64,000 nt of DNA. Source: Eledone cirrhosa. Its lineage: Eukaryota. The notes under the pieces are model-generated. The model saw only the letters and a program-made list of their open reading frames with translations, was not told the DNA's origin and searched no databases. This document shows, piece after piece, positions 1-14,103 of the stretch; position 1 is the stretch's first letter, and every line of letters starts with the position of its first letter. The DNA lies in NCBI GenBank assembly GCA_964016885.1, contig OZ024743.1, forward strand, positions 31,682,001 to 31,746,000, in the 5' to 3' direction. Made by a program: the position numbers and the translations under genes.

Positions 1-267
1 CAGTGCTTCACCCACCCTTGCAGAGGGTGACGATTTGACATCCTGCGAGATGAAAAATAATACCCGCTAAATGTTTATTAGGAGAGGGAAACAGTGGTTA
101 CAAAACCTGAAGATGAATAATTTGCTGGTCGGCTATTGCGTTTTTCTGTTGCTTTACCTGCAAAGTGGGCGTGCTTCTTTGCAAGCCACGTCCTCTACAA
201 TCAAATTCGCACACAAGAGCTTTTTTTACGCATACGCGAATATCGGAGTGGAAAGCTGGCAGCTTTC

Positions 268-1200
268 CACTCAACACCCATACACAACGGCTCGAGGTCA
301 AAGAAAAAAAAAATATATATATATACACATATCAACACATCATCAAACCAGTAGAACTATAGGTAACAATTAGTGTGAGTGGGTACACACACACTACCAC
401 ACACACCGAAGCGATGTCATAGAAAAAAAAACAAATATAAGAATAAGAATATACCAATACAGCATTCACCGAAAGTTCGTTTACAAAACAACAAATGCTA
501 CATTGGTGGTCAAATCTCAATTTGACGGTGTAAATTGGAAATATTGGGTTAACCACAGTCCATACACATACACACACACACGCACAAGCAAGTTACTTCA
601 GTTCAGTGTTCTGTTATACATATATAGATTGAATTGTAACATCCGTATCTTCAAGTGTATGTTATGGTATATACACATCCGTATCGTTCGAAAAAGTGTA
701 TGTCAGGTATATACACATCCATGTGAAGAGCAGGCAATCAGCTCATGTCGAACTGTGTACAAACTCACACTAATTGTGACCTTCTATAGTTCTACAGGTT
801 TGATGCTGTGTTGATATGTGTATATATATATTTTTTTTTTCTTTGACCTCGAGCCGGTGTGTATGGGTGTTGAGTGTGTGTACCCACTCACATTAACTGT
901 GACCGACTGTATTTCTACAGATCTTATTAATGTCCAGCGTCCTTTGCAGCTATGGAGATTTGACAGTTTTATGTCCCTAACTGAAGCTGATAGCAGTCGC
1001 CGTATTTCTGACTACTGGATCTTCATATGAGGAAATAAACTCTGTGAGTGAACATTGCTAATTTTCTCCCTAATATCAAGAATTTGAAGACAATTCATTT
1101 TCACCTGATGAGATCAGTGATAATTGATCATGGCATTACAATCGATCTATCTCTTATTGAAACATGTGTCGTGATTAAAATGATTGGAATTTTATCTTGC
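268..1200 (+). mobile_element. Fold-back PLE terminal-repeat remnant (inverted arms ~268-380 / ~763-877) followed by a hammerhead motif
   Basis: Arms are near reverse complements (cactcaacacccatacac...ctcgaggtcaaag...aattagtgtgagt vs actcacactaattg...ctttgacctcgag...gggtgttgagtg). The hammerhead at 1101-1174 lies downstream, the same layout as other PLE remnants in the window. Confidence 0.55.
1101..1174 (+). ncRNA. Minimal type-I hammerhead ribozyme motif (canonical CUGAUGA core)
   Basis: tcac-CTGATGA-[long stem II region gatc...gatc]-GAAA-CATGTG-TC-gtga; stem I tcac/gtga; GUC cleavage triplet; extra unpaired bases before GAAA. Confidence 0.6.
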
Positions 1201-1312
1201 CTTCAGATTTTCCTTTTGATATATATATATTATAGCGTATTGTGTACGGCTACACACTTGAAATGGCCAAAACAAAATACGCGCACTCTCTCTCACACAC
1301 ACACACATATAA

Positions 1313-1349
<37 letters not shown>

Positions 1350-1432
1350 TGTATAGGTGCAAGATAATTGCATCGGTAGGCTGTATGCCGGGTAAGCATA
1401 TGATAATCTTGCAGAACAGAGTATCAATAGTA

Positions 1433-1697
1433 TGAGAATAAAGGAACAAAGAATCAGTGTTGCATCATAACATATTTAGTAACATATTATATATGTTTCA
1501 CTGTGGATCAAGTCGAGGGACGATCTGTTATTGATCGAACCTGACTCTGGAATCGAATTGGGAGGTATTAATACAACATCAGGGAAGAGCTTGCATATTG
1601 AAGCTTATCAGAGGATCTTTTGAGCGACAGTGAAGCATATGTAACATGACATTAAATATGTTATGATGCAACACTGATTCTTTGTTCATTTATTCTA
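1433..1697. repeat. Inverted repeat (arms ~1433-1510 / ~1620-1697), PLE-like remnant with a decayed hammerhead 3' half
   Basis: gaacaaagaatcagtgttgcatcataacatattta vs taaatatgttatgatgcaacactgattctttgttc; acagt-gaaa-catat(a/g)-ta-like motif in both arms; abuts (TA)n. Confidence 0.6.
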
Positions 1698-1700
1698 ATG

Positions 1701-2110
<410 letters not shown>

Positions 2111-2111
2111 G

Positions 2112-2359
2112 CAGTCGTGTTTTTTCAGTACGCCCTCGTGAGATAAAATATATAAATTGATGTACGAGGGCGTACGTAAAAAACACCACAGTACCTCGGA
2201 AATATATATAATAAAACATATATTTTGAGTGGGTGAATGTCTCCATATATTAATATTTTGAATTAATATTAATAACTCCAGAAACTTACTCTTGAGTGCT
2301 TCTAATCTATTGTAAAACTATATTCACAGATTAATCAATGAACCTTGTTTAACTTTTGG

Positions 2360-2365
<6 letters not shown>
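2112..2365 (+). mobile_element. PLE pLTR remnant, same family as 26680-27088, with a decayed hammerhead and short fold-back
   Basis: gagtgcttctaatctattgt..aaact..ttca..ga..tca.tgaaccttgtt is shared with 27014-27085; gtacgccctcg / cgagggcgtac inverted pair. Confidence 0.55.
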
Positions 2366-2396
<31 letters not shown>

Positions 2397-2857
2397 TGAA
2401 AAATGGCGTGCTGCGTTGTTGTAAATGTGTTACACCTTCTCTCGGCTGGCCTCTTCCTCACACTTTCACTCACTCACTCTCTGCTACTCCCCCTCTCTCA
2501 CTTCCTCCCGTCTGACCCGTGTGAAATCCTTTTCTCGCTTACAATTCGCAGGGTTCGGTTGCGTCCTTTGTCTTCTCGTCAATAATTTGCTAGAATTTAA
2601 GTTCACATGTATCACTGACTTGTTTTCTCATTTTCCTCTCTTTACGTTGCCTTACCATTTTTGTTTGTTTACATGTCTCTCTTTCTCCACCCAATTCTTT
2701 TTATCCCAATATCTTATTTGAGTTATTGTTCGCGCTGGCTTGAGGTATCTGGTCTTTAATGCGAATAAATACCGATGATGGCCAGAAGAACAATGATGAC
2801 TGATAGTCCTGGTTACTTGCACTATTTTTTAATTCATATATATATATATATATATTT

Positions 2858-3290
2858 CTAGGGCGGATAAAATTCCCGAGATACATGGACGAGTTCTCTC
2901 CAGCAGTCCCTGTCCCTTATTATCGCTGCCATGTCCTGCGTCTCCAACAGACCAGTGTCTGTCCTTAGGGCATCAACATACGTTAACCTTGGTCTTCCTC
3001 TTCCAGTGTGTCCATGTAGGGGTCCCACGGGAGCACTGAGTGCAATGTCAACTCTGGATGTCGGTGAGCATATCCAGCTAACCTCAATCTCCTCTGTGTC
3101 ATTTTTTAGCTGACTTTTAGGAGGCTCCCAAATAGCTCTGAGTTTTTCATCCTCAGTGTATACTGATTTATGTTCAGAGACATCCTCAGCATTCTCGTGT
3201 AGCACCCATCCACCATCTGAGTGAGTTTCTTGGTCAGCGTCCAAGTCTTAGACCAGTACAGCAGCACAGACTCCACTACAGCAATGAATA
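2858..3290 (-). mobile_element. RTE-clade LINE 3' fragment (degraded)
   Basis: Minus-strand peptides VESVLLYWSKTWTLTKKLTQMVDGCYTRMLRMSLNI and GRGRPRLTYVDAL...DRDCWRELV are typical of the RTE RT C-terminus; frameshifted. Confidence 0.8.
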
Positions 3291-3491
3291 TATATATATA
3301 TATATTCTGTATATATATATATATATACATATATATGTACAGAGAGAGAAAGAGAGGAAGTGAGAGTGAGAGAGAAAGAAAGAAAGAAATAAAGAAAGAA
3401 AGAGAAGATTTAGTAGTATACAATTTCCATTAGTGTAATCAATTATTTGAAGTGATTAGGCAGAGACCTGACCTGAACATATATGTATATT

Positions 3492-3523
<32 letters not shown>

Positions 3524-4749
3524 GTGTGTGTGTGTACGTGTGCGTGAGTGTGCGTGGGGGGATGTATGTGTGTATGTGTGTGTGTGTCTGTGTGTGTGCA
3601 TTCAGCTTTTATTTGCTGACTTACTTTGCTATTCATGGCTATGTTTAATTTTCATATACTCCGATATCTAAATAGTACAAATATCTGTGTCCATCCATAG
3701 AACTAGCGATTAAAGGGAGGCTTTTGAATATTTAATAGAAGAGATTTGCACTAATAGAAGAGATTTGCACTAAACTCTGTTGAAATTAGATTTCAAATAT
3801 GTTATTTAAGCATTCTCTAATATAAAACAATTATTAGATGTATTCAGTAATAAGTACATCTTAATTGCAAATGCCTAGAATATATTTATTTTGAACAACT
3901 CTCACTTCACATTAAATTTCATTACATGTTTTATGATCCAATTGAATTATTCAGTTTATTCAATAAAATTATGTTTTAATTGTTTATTATACTAATGGAA
4001 AAGCCTTACATATTACCATATGAAATATCTCTATTCATCAGACTGTATATACATTGGTTTTCTGAGTTAATAATCTATGTAATCCAATTTTCTTTAAAGC
4101 AGTCATGATGAGGCGTTAAAGTGAATATTAGCTGGCAAATCTTAGAATATGTATTTCCCCTCATTATTTCATGTTTTTAAATCTTTACAATATATAGCTC
4201 GAGATGAAGAGTTTATTTTCCTATATTCATTATACTATAATGAACTATAATGACTACATGTATATACGAATAAAAGAAATACAAACATCTAATGGTGTGT
4301 AGTTTATTGATAAGACTAAAATATTTTCTTTCTCATCATGTTTGTTTGTAAGCCATTACATTATACCATTGTTACTTATACCACGAGACAAAGTTCCATC
4401 TCATATTATAGCTTTTTAACTGAATAATTACAATACGTACTTAGCTTAGAAAGTATATTTCGACATACGATATACAAGTATATCCAGACAAATTTAAATA
4501 TTCACGAGGAGATGATGCAACGTAATTTTGTGTTGTATATCTTAATTATAATTTCGTCAGACAGTGGGCACTTTCGTATGCTCTGTCACTCTTTTTCTCC
4601 CTCTATCTGCTTTTTTCGATCTGTATTTATCTATCTATTACGATAAGAATTTGTTCAGATTTAAATTTATCTGTTATGTCTTCAATAAGATTGATGCGAG
4701 TTCCACAATTAGGATTGACCAGGGTTTGTGACTGTTTGTGCTGCGTTCA

Positions 4750-5500
4750 TAGTAAGCAATTTGGCACCGGCTAGATGCAATCAGAATTTACTCAACAAAG
4801 TTATGGGGCTATGGTAATGTGGATTTCGATGAAGGATGGAAACTCTACTATTCAGGTGGGGCGCCAGTAATGATTACACAGAAGTGTGTGGGGATACTCA
4901 CAAGACACCAGCTGTCAGAATGTGTTATAAACTGTGTCTCATTGGGAGGAGGTTTGAACATTAGGCCTCTGTGAATTGTGCAAGTTTATGTGTCAAACAA
5001 AGAAGATGAAAACAGACCCTTCCTTCATGAAATCACTGCAGTGATGTAGTTATGGCGGTGCAATATATCTTAATTGACATTTTCAATGTTAATTCTGACC
5101 ATCTGACATGGAATGAACGGTTATCTCTATCTAAATACGAATGTTCAAGTAATGATCTCGCTAATATGAACACCTTCTTCTACTGGAAGACATCCATAAA
5201 AATACATGGTATTAGGAGAATCAGGGAAAGAGAAATATAATTGATTTTTTTATTGTCTCTTATCTCTTTCATTCTCAGCTAGAGGTTCGTATTACGAGAG
5301 GGGCTGAGTAGTCAACTGATTGCCATCCAGTTATCAGTAACTTGAGACTTCTCACTACCTAAAGATGAGTAAGCCCACAAAACTGACTCAAGCATGTCAA
5401 CCAAAAACTTATAATGTGGGAAGCCTTGGTGGATAAGGAAGTCAGGACAAGGCATGCGGAAACTATTGCATCCAAATTCAGCTTACTCCCTGAGCAAACT
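4750..5500 (+). mobile_element. RTE-like LINE apurinic endonuclease fragment (degraded)
   Basis: Reads DEGWKLYYSG...VGILT..QLSECV, MNTFF and RGAE*STDCHPVISNLRL (SDH-like motif) across frames with stops. Confidence 0.7.
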
Positions 5501-6899
5501 GATTATATATATATAATCAATATAACTAACTTACATTCTGAATCCCAAAACATAATTTACCGTCCCGCAACCACTATCCTCAGCACCTCTCTGTCTCAGG
5601 CATCATTTGATACCGCAGATACTAAGCCACTGATACTAAAACCGAGCAGAACTCAGCCTTTCACATTGTAACTATTTTCCCGACGGGCCTCAACTCCTCT
5701 ACAATTTTTGTAACATTTCTTTATATTTGCGCATACTTGTCGGCTCAGAGTATACAAGTAATATCTCCCTTCTAAAATGTCATAATCTCAAAGATACCCT
5801 CTGATCTGGATTGCTCCAAATCGCTGACTAAACTCAGATCTGCCTTTTCTAAAGAACCTTTTTATGTTTCCTCCTCTGCTTTCTCTTCTCTATGATTCTA
5901 ATTCTTTTATTTCTCGTTCCTGTTACTTGATGAAGAAGAGTTTCCAAAATGTTCGATTCCTACTATATCAATTGGTAAACAATATATATATATATATATA
6001 TCCGTTGTTCTATATTCTATATTTTGTAGTTAATTTTCGCACACACACAAACACACATACAAACACACACACACGCACGCACACAACACATATATATATA
6101 TACATGTATGCATATATGTATATAATCTATATGTGTGTGTGTATGTATGTGTGTAAGTGTGTGTGTGTAAGTGTGTGTGTATTTATGTATGTGTATGTGT
6201 GTTTATATATTATATAAACATTTAAAACTAGCAAAATATTGAGAAAAGCGCATCACATATTCGCAGACGTAATATTTCCCATATTTTTAAATTGCTGTAG
6301 GCTACGTCTTAAATGGTATATTTCCTTATAAACTAGTTATAAATTACATATCTCATGTTTTATTGGCCTTACATTCTGCCCAGAATTTAAGACAAAATTT
6401 TATCAAATATATCAATTTATAGTTATCCAATTTCAGTTTTTAATTTCTCACCGAATATCGGAAATCTTATCACCAGATAATTAATGCATACATATTCTAC
6501 AAAATTCTGAAAACAACGCGGGCCTTTCAAGTGGATGGGTTTCTGCAATAATATGTCTATATTTGTCTACTTTCATAGATATAACATTAGAATCTGCCGT
6601 AACTAACACTTGTATTTCTCCCATATATGCACATCTCTGTGCATATACCATTACATAATGTGATTGCATAATGGAATAGCTATTCCTTATGTATGTAAAT
6701 CTATATATGCGGCTATAACTATGAATGTGTAGGTATATTTGCGTTTGCAAAGTTTAAATATGCGCTTGTATATCGAGAGACAATGAGAATTCTATCATTG
6801 AAAGTATATCCCAACGAAAGCATTTTTCTTCTCTGTATCAAACTTGCTTAAATAGTTGTTCAGACAAAAAATATCTGAATTAGTATAGAGCCTAATAAA

Positions 6900-7119
6900 T
6901 AATTGTTTCCCATATAGCCACAAGGCCAGCAATTTTGGAGGAGGGGAAAGTCGATTACATCGACCCCAATGCGTGACTGGTACTTTATTTTATCGACTCC
7001 GTAAGGATGAAAGGCAAAGTTAACCTCGGTGGCATTTGAACTCAGATCATAAAGGGCCGTAACTCTATGCTGCAAAGCATGGCGTCCGACCCTCTACCGA
7101 TACTGCCAATCCACCGCCC
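6900..7119 (-). mobile_element. tRNA-derived SINE with Nin/Deu-like core (octopus-type), with target-site duplication
   Basis: Minus strand: A/B-box-like head GGCGGTGGATTGGCAGTATCGGTAG...GAGTTCAAAT and core gcctttcatcc..ggagtcgataaaataaagtacc; flanked by tagagcctaataaataat (6886-6903) / tagagtctaataaataat (7121-7138). Confidence 0.85.
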
Positions 7120-8399
7120 TTAGAGTCTAATAAATAATACTGTGATCATGGTATTTACAGCTACCTCTCGCAGGCGCTATCTCCCTTGTATATTTGTTAC
7201 TCAAAAAGATAAACGTGTCTACTGTATGAGCTAACATAAAAAATATTTACACATGCTTAGTTGAATTTATTGAATAATCATTCGAGGTTCGACTAGCAGG
7301 GAAATATCTGTTAATTTGGAAACCTATATATACCCAAGGAGAACATGTTTCTGGTCCCTACACATGCGTATTATTTGTGCATAATCATAAACATCAATAT
7401 CTGGAGCAACAGGCATTCACTAGCAATATATGTTTAAATGGATTATATATGCTTTGACTAACATGAATTGTTTTAGTTCATTGATATTCAATAACTTATG
7501 CTGTACTAAGCCATTTCGTTACAGAATAAGTTTGTGTTTCTTATTTAATATTTTTTGCTTTTGTTTTGAGGTTATTTTTCTCCTTTCACTCATTAATCGA
7601 TATTACTGCAAATAGTCTCAATGTTTTCCTAATCAATCAAAAGAATAATGTAATTGTTCAACTGTGCAACACATCGACTTGTTGATTTTGATTTTGTATT
7701 TTTACACTAATCATAAACAGAAAAATGTTGAATACCTAAATCTATGAATCTGCATAATGTTTAATAGTTACTATGGTTAAAACATTTTGCTGTTGCCCTT
7801 TTCTTTGATGTCGTTGCATTGTTTGAATTAGTTATTATTGCTGTAGTTTTTGCCTCTGCCATTATTTTTTGTTATTTTTATGGTAAAGAATCCTTATGCT
7901 ATTGTTGATTGTTATCGAGTTTATCCTTACCGATCCTGGCTACGAGCAAAGGCATTCCAGACATGACCATCTCATATTGACCTTATGAGTCATAAATTCA
8001 TCATTCTATAAGAAAGAAGGTTAAGATTTCAATAGTATATGATATGTACATTAGGTCGAACAACCAAGTAAATCCGTTTCCATTGGCCCATTTAGTCATT
8101 AGACACGTGTTATCACTAAAATGTATGCCTCTAATAAAATAAACAATCCTTATTTTACAGATGAGATAGAGTGTCTAATCGGTAGTGTGCTGAACTAAAT
8201 GCATACCGTTCTTTTATAGTTTCATTATTCTACATTCTGCTTTCAGTTCCTTTGAAGTTTTAATTTGCATTTTCTTCTCTAGGGCCAATAAAAGCATTAA
8301 ATATATCAAGAAATCATAGTGATATCCTCATCGTGCTTGTTAATTTTGAGTGTCTATCGAGGAATCATCTTGTTAGTAATTTCGATTCGAACACCTCTA

Positions 8400-9075
8400 A
8401 GACATCTTCTTCTTCGGCCACTTATTACTGAGAGAATCGTAAGGGGCTGACTCCTCAAACATTCCTTACGGCGGGTCCTGTCAGAAGCAATCGTCTCCAT
8501 CTTCTCCGGCTGAATACCCAAGCGAGAGCAGTCAAGCTCATGAATCTCATCCAACCATCTTGCTCCGTGTCTAGCCCTGGGTCCCCTGCCAGTTAGTTGG
8601 TTTGGCTCGTAAAATCTGTCCACTGACGATTCCTTTTTGAGACAATCTAACCACATTGCCCATAGTATCGGAGCTGTGATATTTCAATTCGGCGTAACGT
8701 CTAACTAGAGTGACTCTTGATATCAGAGCTATATACTCTATCTAGAAACATTACTCCAAAGACCCTTTGGAGGAACCCATTATTCCACATGTATTCGTGA
8801 TCGTATTCTTCCACTCATTACCCAAGTTTCATGACCGTTGGCACGAATATCAAATTGAAGATAGCGAGTTTTGCTTTTACTCTAACCATACTTCATCTGA
8901 ATGCCGAATACTCAAGCTGGCACATTACTGCACCAAATCCTGCAATTTTTGCACTTAATTCAGCCTCCTGCTTTCCACTAATCATGAAAACGGTCTCGAA
9001 ATACTTGAATTCCTCTATTCTCTTCACTGGAACTCCATTCAAATGTAGAGTGAATCTGCAAGATTCAAATGTAGT
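8400..9075 (-). mobile_element. RTE-clade LINE 3' fragment
   Basis: LHLNGVPVKRIEEFKYF...GKQEAEL and GRGPRARHGARWLDEIHEL...ASDR, ending at a short (GAA)n tail. Confidence 0.75.
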
Positions 9076-9099
9076 GTGAAGCTGATCTCTGAATTTTAC

Positions 9100-9320
9100 T
9101 AGATAGTTTGATGCCGAGTGCTGCTTGGCTGGTATGAAAATCAATGCTACGAAAACTGAGTCACTCGTCCTTTCAAGGAAGTCTGCGTAGTGCACTCTTC
9201 ATGTGGATGGAGTTCCACTGAAGCAGGTGGAATAGTTAGGTATCTCAAGGCCATGTTCACACGTAATGGGAGGCAGGAGGCTGAATTAAATGCAAGAATT
9301 GCAGAAGCTGCTGGCATCTA
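9100..9320 (+). mobile_element. RTE-clade LINE fragment, opposite orientation
   Basis: GMKINATKTESLVLSRK..CTLHVDGVPLKQVE..RYLKAMFTRNGRQEAELNARIAEA, homologous to the adjacent minus-strand copy. Confidence 0.7.
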
Positions 9321-9576
9321 TGCCAAAAATAGAAACAAATATAAATATGTAAAAAAGATAATATTTAAATTAGAAATCCCACCTGAACATTATTTAAAGA
9401 TATTTATGGAAAGTGTAAGGTACACACCAGATTGATATCAATAACGACAGATATACTATTCTAGTGTATTCAGTATTTTCCAAAATAATTTTAGTGTGTA
9501 CGTAGTGTATGTTATTGGAAATAAGATCGAGAAATAGGACCAATAAATATATTGAGTGCTGAGTGAAATGAAATCA

Positions 9577-9713
<137 letters not shown>

Positions 9714-10900
9714 GTGTGTGTGTGTGTGTGTGTGTGTGTCTGTCTGTATGTCTGTCTGTCTGCTTGTATGTATGTATGTATGGCAATTAGTGCTTCAATA
9801 TTTTGGGATGGTGATCGTAATACCGGGTTCGACTGCCAGTATGTACGACACATTTTCTTTTTTTTAGAAGCACCATACATGTTATTTCTGTCACCTCGCT
9901 CGTAAAATAATGTAATCATTTACAGTATGTTACCCAACGATGTACGTAACGCCAATAGAGTAATACGTGTGTGTTTGATCGTGTCTGAAACTCTGTATGT
10001 GCCTCTTAACATTTATTCCTTGTTTAACCATTTAATATGTGTACAAGTTTTATTTTTAACGCTTCTGTTCTAGCCTAATATTGTCTCTATTACATTTCCA
10101 GTTTCATGTGTTCTATATATTTATGAAATGCACTTATCGCAGTATAATTAATCATTTGAGGAGTTCTATGTTATAATTGTACGATTATTTCCTGAAATAT
10201 AACGATGAAAATGTCATGTCATATAATAGCATTTCTTTAGTAAGACAAATCTATTTTATGGCTGTTAATGATGTAATGTAGTATTTTTATATTTGCAATG
10301 TTTACAATCTGCGTAAATATGTGTGATGAGCAATGAGTGCTTTAAATGTATCCTGCGTGGAGATGTGATGTCAAGTGGTGTGTTTCTAAAGACACTTCCT
10401 GTTTTTGCTGCGTTTACTGCTATTATTATTGCTTTCCTTTCTTTATTTGCCTGCATTTTATGGAATTTATATACATGTTTTTTTTTAAATTGTATTTCTG
10501 TTTGCCTTTCAGATATCATTAATTCTAATGTTTAAAGATTCTAAATATTGTTTCATGCGGAGAGTTCAGTTTAAAGGATCTCTAATGCCGTATGTTACAA
10601 CGCGGGATGTTGTTTTTGTCACCTTTCTATTTCTATCGACTCTCATTACTGCCGAGATCATCTGTCTTCTTTCTTGACATATCATCCTCAGGAATATTAA
10701 ATGATACATTCATTAATATTAAGACAATGCAATAAATATTTGAGATATAGTTGCTCATGTCAGCAAACTAGTCAGTCATTTCCCATTGATTTCCCATTCA
10801 CATGCTTTAAAGAATCGTCAAGGAATCGCATGGTTAAATTCAGTTTTCTATCGAATAATTGTAAATCACTGTATTATATATATATATATATATATATAGT

Positions 10901-10962
<62 letters not shown>

Positions 10963-11050
10963 TAGTAATAATAATAAATTTGAAGACTAAAATCCAAAGA
11001 GGGCTCGATAAGGATAAATATATATCAAATATATGAGAACCGTAGAGCAA

Positions 11051-11182
11051 ATATTTATTAAAATAACAGATTAAAGTTTAAGCAAAGAATGGCTGCTTTC
11101 ACCCTTAACGGAATCTTCTGAAGATCCCGTTAAGGTGAAAGGACCGATTCTTTGCTTAAACTTTAATCTGTTATTTTAATAA

Positions 11183-11185
<3 letters not shown>
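11051..11185. repeat. Near-perfect 135-bp palindrome between (TA)n tracts
   Basis: atatttattaaaataacagattaaagtttaagcaaagaat...attctttgcttaaactttaatctgttattttaataaatat; centre at atcttctgaagat. Confidence 0.85.
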
Positions 11186-11225
<40 letters not shown>

Positions 11226-11407
11226 AGATCCCCACATATATTGAGACAGGTATCATTTGGTGGTTATAGCACGATGTCTTGAATAGATATTTGACACGGC
11301 TGGTTTTATGTGATGTTCATCTGAAATGGATGTAGTGTGCCCAGTCTGTAGAGATTCAGTATGTTAACAGGAACTTAATAGCAGCGTATATACCATATCC
11401 ATATAAT

Positions 11408-11597
11408 AATTGTTTCTACTTTTGACAAAAGGCCAGCAATTACCCTGTGCATTACTGGTACTTTATTTTATCGACCTCGTAAGGATGAAAGGCAAAGTTA
11501 ACCTCGGTGGGATTTGAACTCAGAATATAAGGGACCATAACTCTATGCTGCAAAGCATAGTGTCTGACGCTCTACTGATACTACCAATGAACCGCCT
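11408..11597 (-). mobile_element. SINE, same family as 6900-7119 (short-tail variant)
   Basis: Shared core ggtactttattttatcgac..cgtaaggatgaaaggcaaagttaacctcggtgg; TSD-like atccatataataatt / atccatatcataatt. Confidence 0.85.
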
Positions 11598-12167
11598 ATT
11601 ATTAAATCCATATCATAATTCCAGTTAACGATGGCACCTATAGTCAAATTTTGAAAGTTTATATAAAAGAATTTACCATCTTAATATCCTATTTTCCCCT
11701 GTACACATGCCCATCAAAACACACTGCATGTTATCTATTTAGTTAGAAGCAAATCAAGTTTGTGTAATTAACATTATGTATTAAATCACAAAAACATACG
11801 TTTGCATGTTATATAATGTTATGGATAAATAGCTTATAATTCCTTACGTATCTACTCAAAGACTGTGTGTCATAAAGATTATGAACTTGTAGTAAGTTCA
11901 AATGAAATGAGTTAGACAAAAGAAGCATTTTGGCATTTTCTCTCAATGAACTAAATTGCAATAAATACAAGAAAGTTTATATATTATGATTGGTGTTTCT
12001 GCAGCTGAAGTAAATTATATGTGGCTATATTAATCTTATATGGTTGATACGCTTGAGATATGCATCACATTTCACTTTGCGCTAAAATGCATAATTTCTA
12101 TCTATGAAATCTTTATGTCTTGAAGGTACAAATTTACACACATGTGGTAATATCTAATATATATTGA

Positions 12168-13051
12168 TACGAGGTGTGTCAGAAAAGTTCCAGGACTGAT
12201 GTCACAAAAGATGTGTTTCAAACCCAAACTTCACACTAATAGTTTTCTCCTTCAAAGGAATCCCGTTGGAGTATGTAACTGTAATCTTAAATCTCTGCAA
12301 CGATCAAACTTTTTTCTTCATAATTGTATATAAATGTCCTCTGTTTCAGGTCGTCAAGCAATGAGCACAGAACAACGAACATTGAAGTTTCTGGTACGGT
12401 TGGGGAAAAACTCCATCAGAAAAACTGGGATTGCTGCAGCAAGTGTATGGAGATCAGACTATGTCACGCTCACGTGTGTTTGAGTGGTGCAAGATGACCC
12501 CAGGAGCGGAATGCCCTCAACAACCAGAACTGAGGTCAACGTTGAGCGCGTCAGGCAGATGGTGCGTAGCGATCGTCGGCTGACTGTTCGACTGATGGCA
12601 AATGAGCTGCGCATGAATCGGGACAGCTTCTGGAAGATTCTCAGTGAAGAATTGGACATGCGGAAATTCTACGCGAAGATGATGCCAAAACTTCTGAACG
12701 ATGACCAGAAGGGTCGACGCATGCAAGTGTGCCAGGACATCCTCGAGCCTCTTGATACCGAATCAGACTTGCTAGGGACAGTCATCACCGGTGAATCATG
12801 GATCTTCGAGTACGACCCGGAGGGACGCGTTTTGAAGACGTGGACGCCATCAAAAAGGCCGTGACAACGGAACTGCAGAGGATCCCGGAAATATCCTTCC
12901 AGGAGTGCATGCAAGCGTGGCAGAAAAGGATAGAAAAGTGCATTAGACTCCAGGGGGATTACTTTGAAGGAGAAAACTCTTAGTGTGAAGTTTGGGCTTG
13001 AAATAATTCTTTTGTGACATCAGTCCTGGAACGTTTCTGACACACCTCGTA
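12168..13051 (+). mobile_element. Non-autonomous mariner (Tc1/mariner) element, internally deleted, ~103-bp TIRs, TA TSD
   Basis: TA|cgaggtgtgtcagaaaagttcc...ggaacgtttctgacacacctcg|TA; transposase remnants DDPRSG, AKMMPKLL, WIFEYDPE, RFEDV...LQGDYFEG. Confidence 0.92.
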
Positions 13052-14030
13052 TACCCTGTGGGCTGGTGAGTCAATTATGAATATATACGGTATTCATCAG
13101 TCAGCTAAATCAGGAGTCTGGCTAGATGTTTCCCATTACAGCAATTCTGGGTCAATCGTGTAAGACAATTTACCTATGAAATAAGCTGTGATTGAGTAAT
13201 ACAAGACAGGAAATCACATTTTCACGAGCTGCATCACTGCAGAACTGGCAGTATTTTCAGATCCATGTACCTAAAGTGTAATATTACATTGGAAAAGATA
13301 TGTGTTATCTTAAATTATGCCGACACACGGAATAATGATCCAGTTTTAAAACGTATCCCCCACTATTCGCACGCCGTCTGAATGTGTACATATATTAATA
13401 AAATACAATAGAATATTTCGTATATATGCAACGGGATTTTATAATATGCGTTATTATACCGATTATCAAATGATTGCATCTGTTATAAGATGATTTAGAT
13501 ATATTTCCCGATGATTTGATCACATTCAAAACATATACACTGGTCAGAAATGACAAGATATGAAAATACTTCGTAATGTTTCATAGAACTCCACATAGTT
13601 TTGCCTATTCATTATATTCGCTAGTGACTGCACAATGGACCAGTTGCTGCATCTTAACCTAGCAACCTGATGGAACTGAACCTTAAATATTCCCGGTGTT
13701 ACAGTATCACCTTGTCGAAAAACATATTTGCAATACGCAAACCCGATATCTACAACAAGGCGTAAATAGAGTTGTATTGCATTGAAGCAGAAATCAAAAT
13801 AATTAAAGGGAAGATCTTATTAATGTTTCAATCGGCATATATTATAATGCATGTTAATTTGGATACGGATAATTCTGTATATTTGAATGCATCTACGCTC
13901 TCACATGACCATATGCAGGGATAGAAAGAGATATACATATGAATGCGAGAAGGAAAAGAGGAATCCCACAAAACAGATATTAGAGATGTCCTCACACACA
14001 CACACACACACACACAAACACGCACATACT

Positions 14031-14103
<73 letters not shown>

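Noticed and set aside
5520-5985. Higher-complexity segment, possibly a LINE ORF1 or host exon
   Set aside because: No open frame or recognisable motif on either strand.
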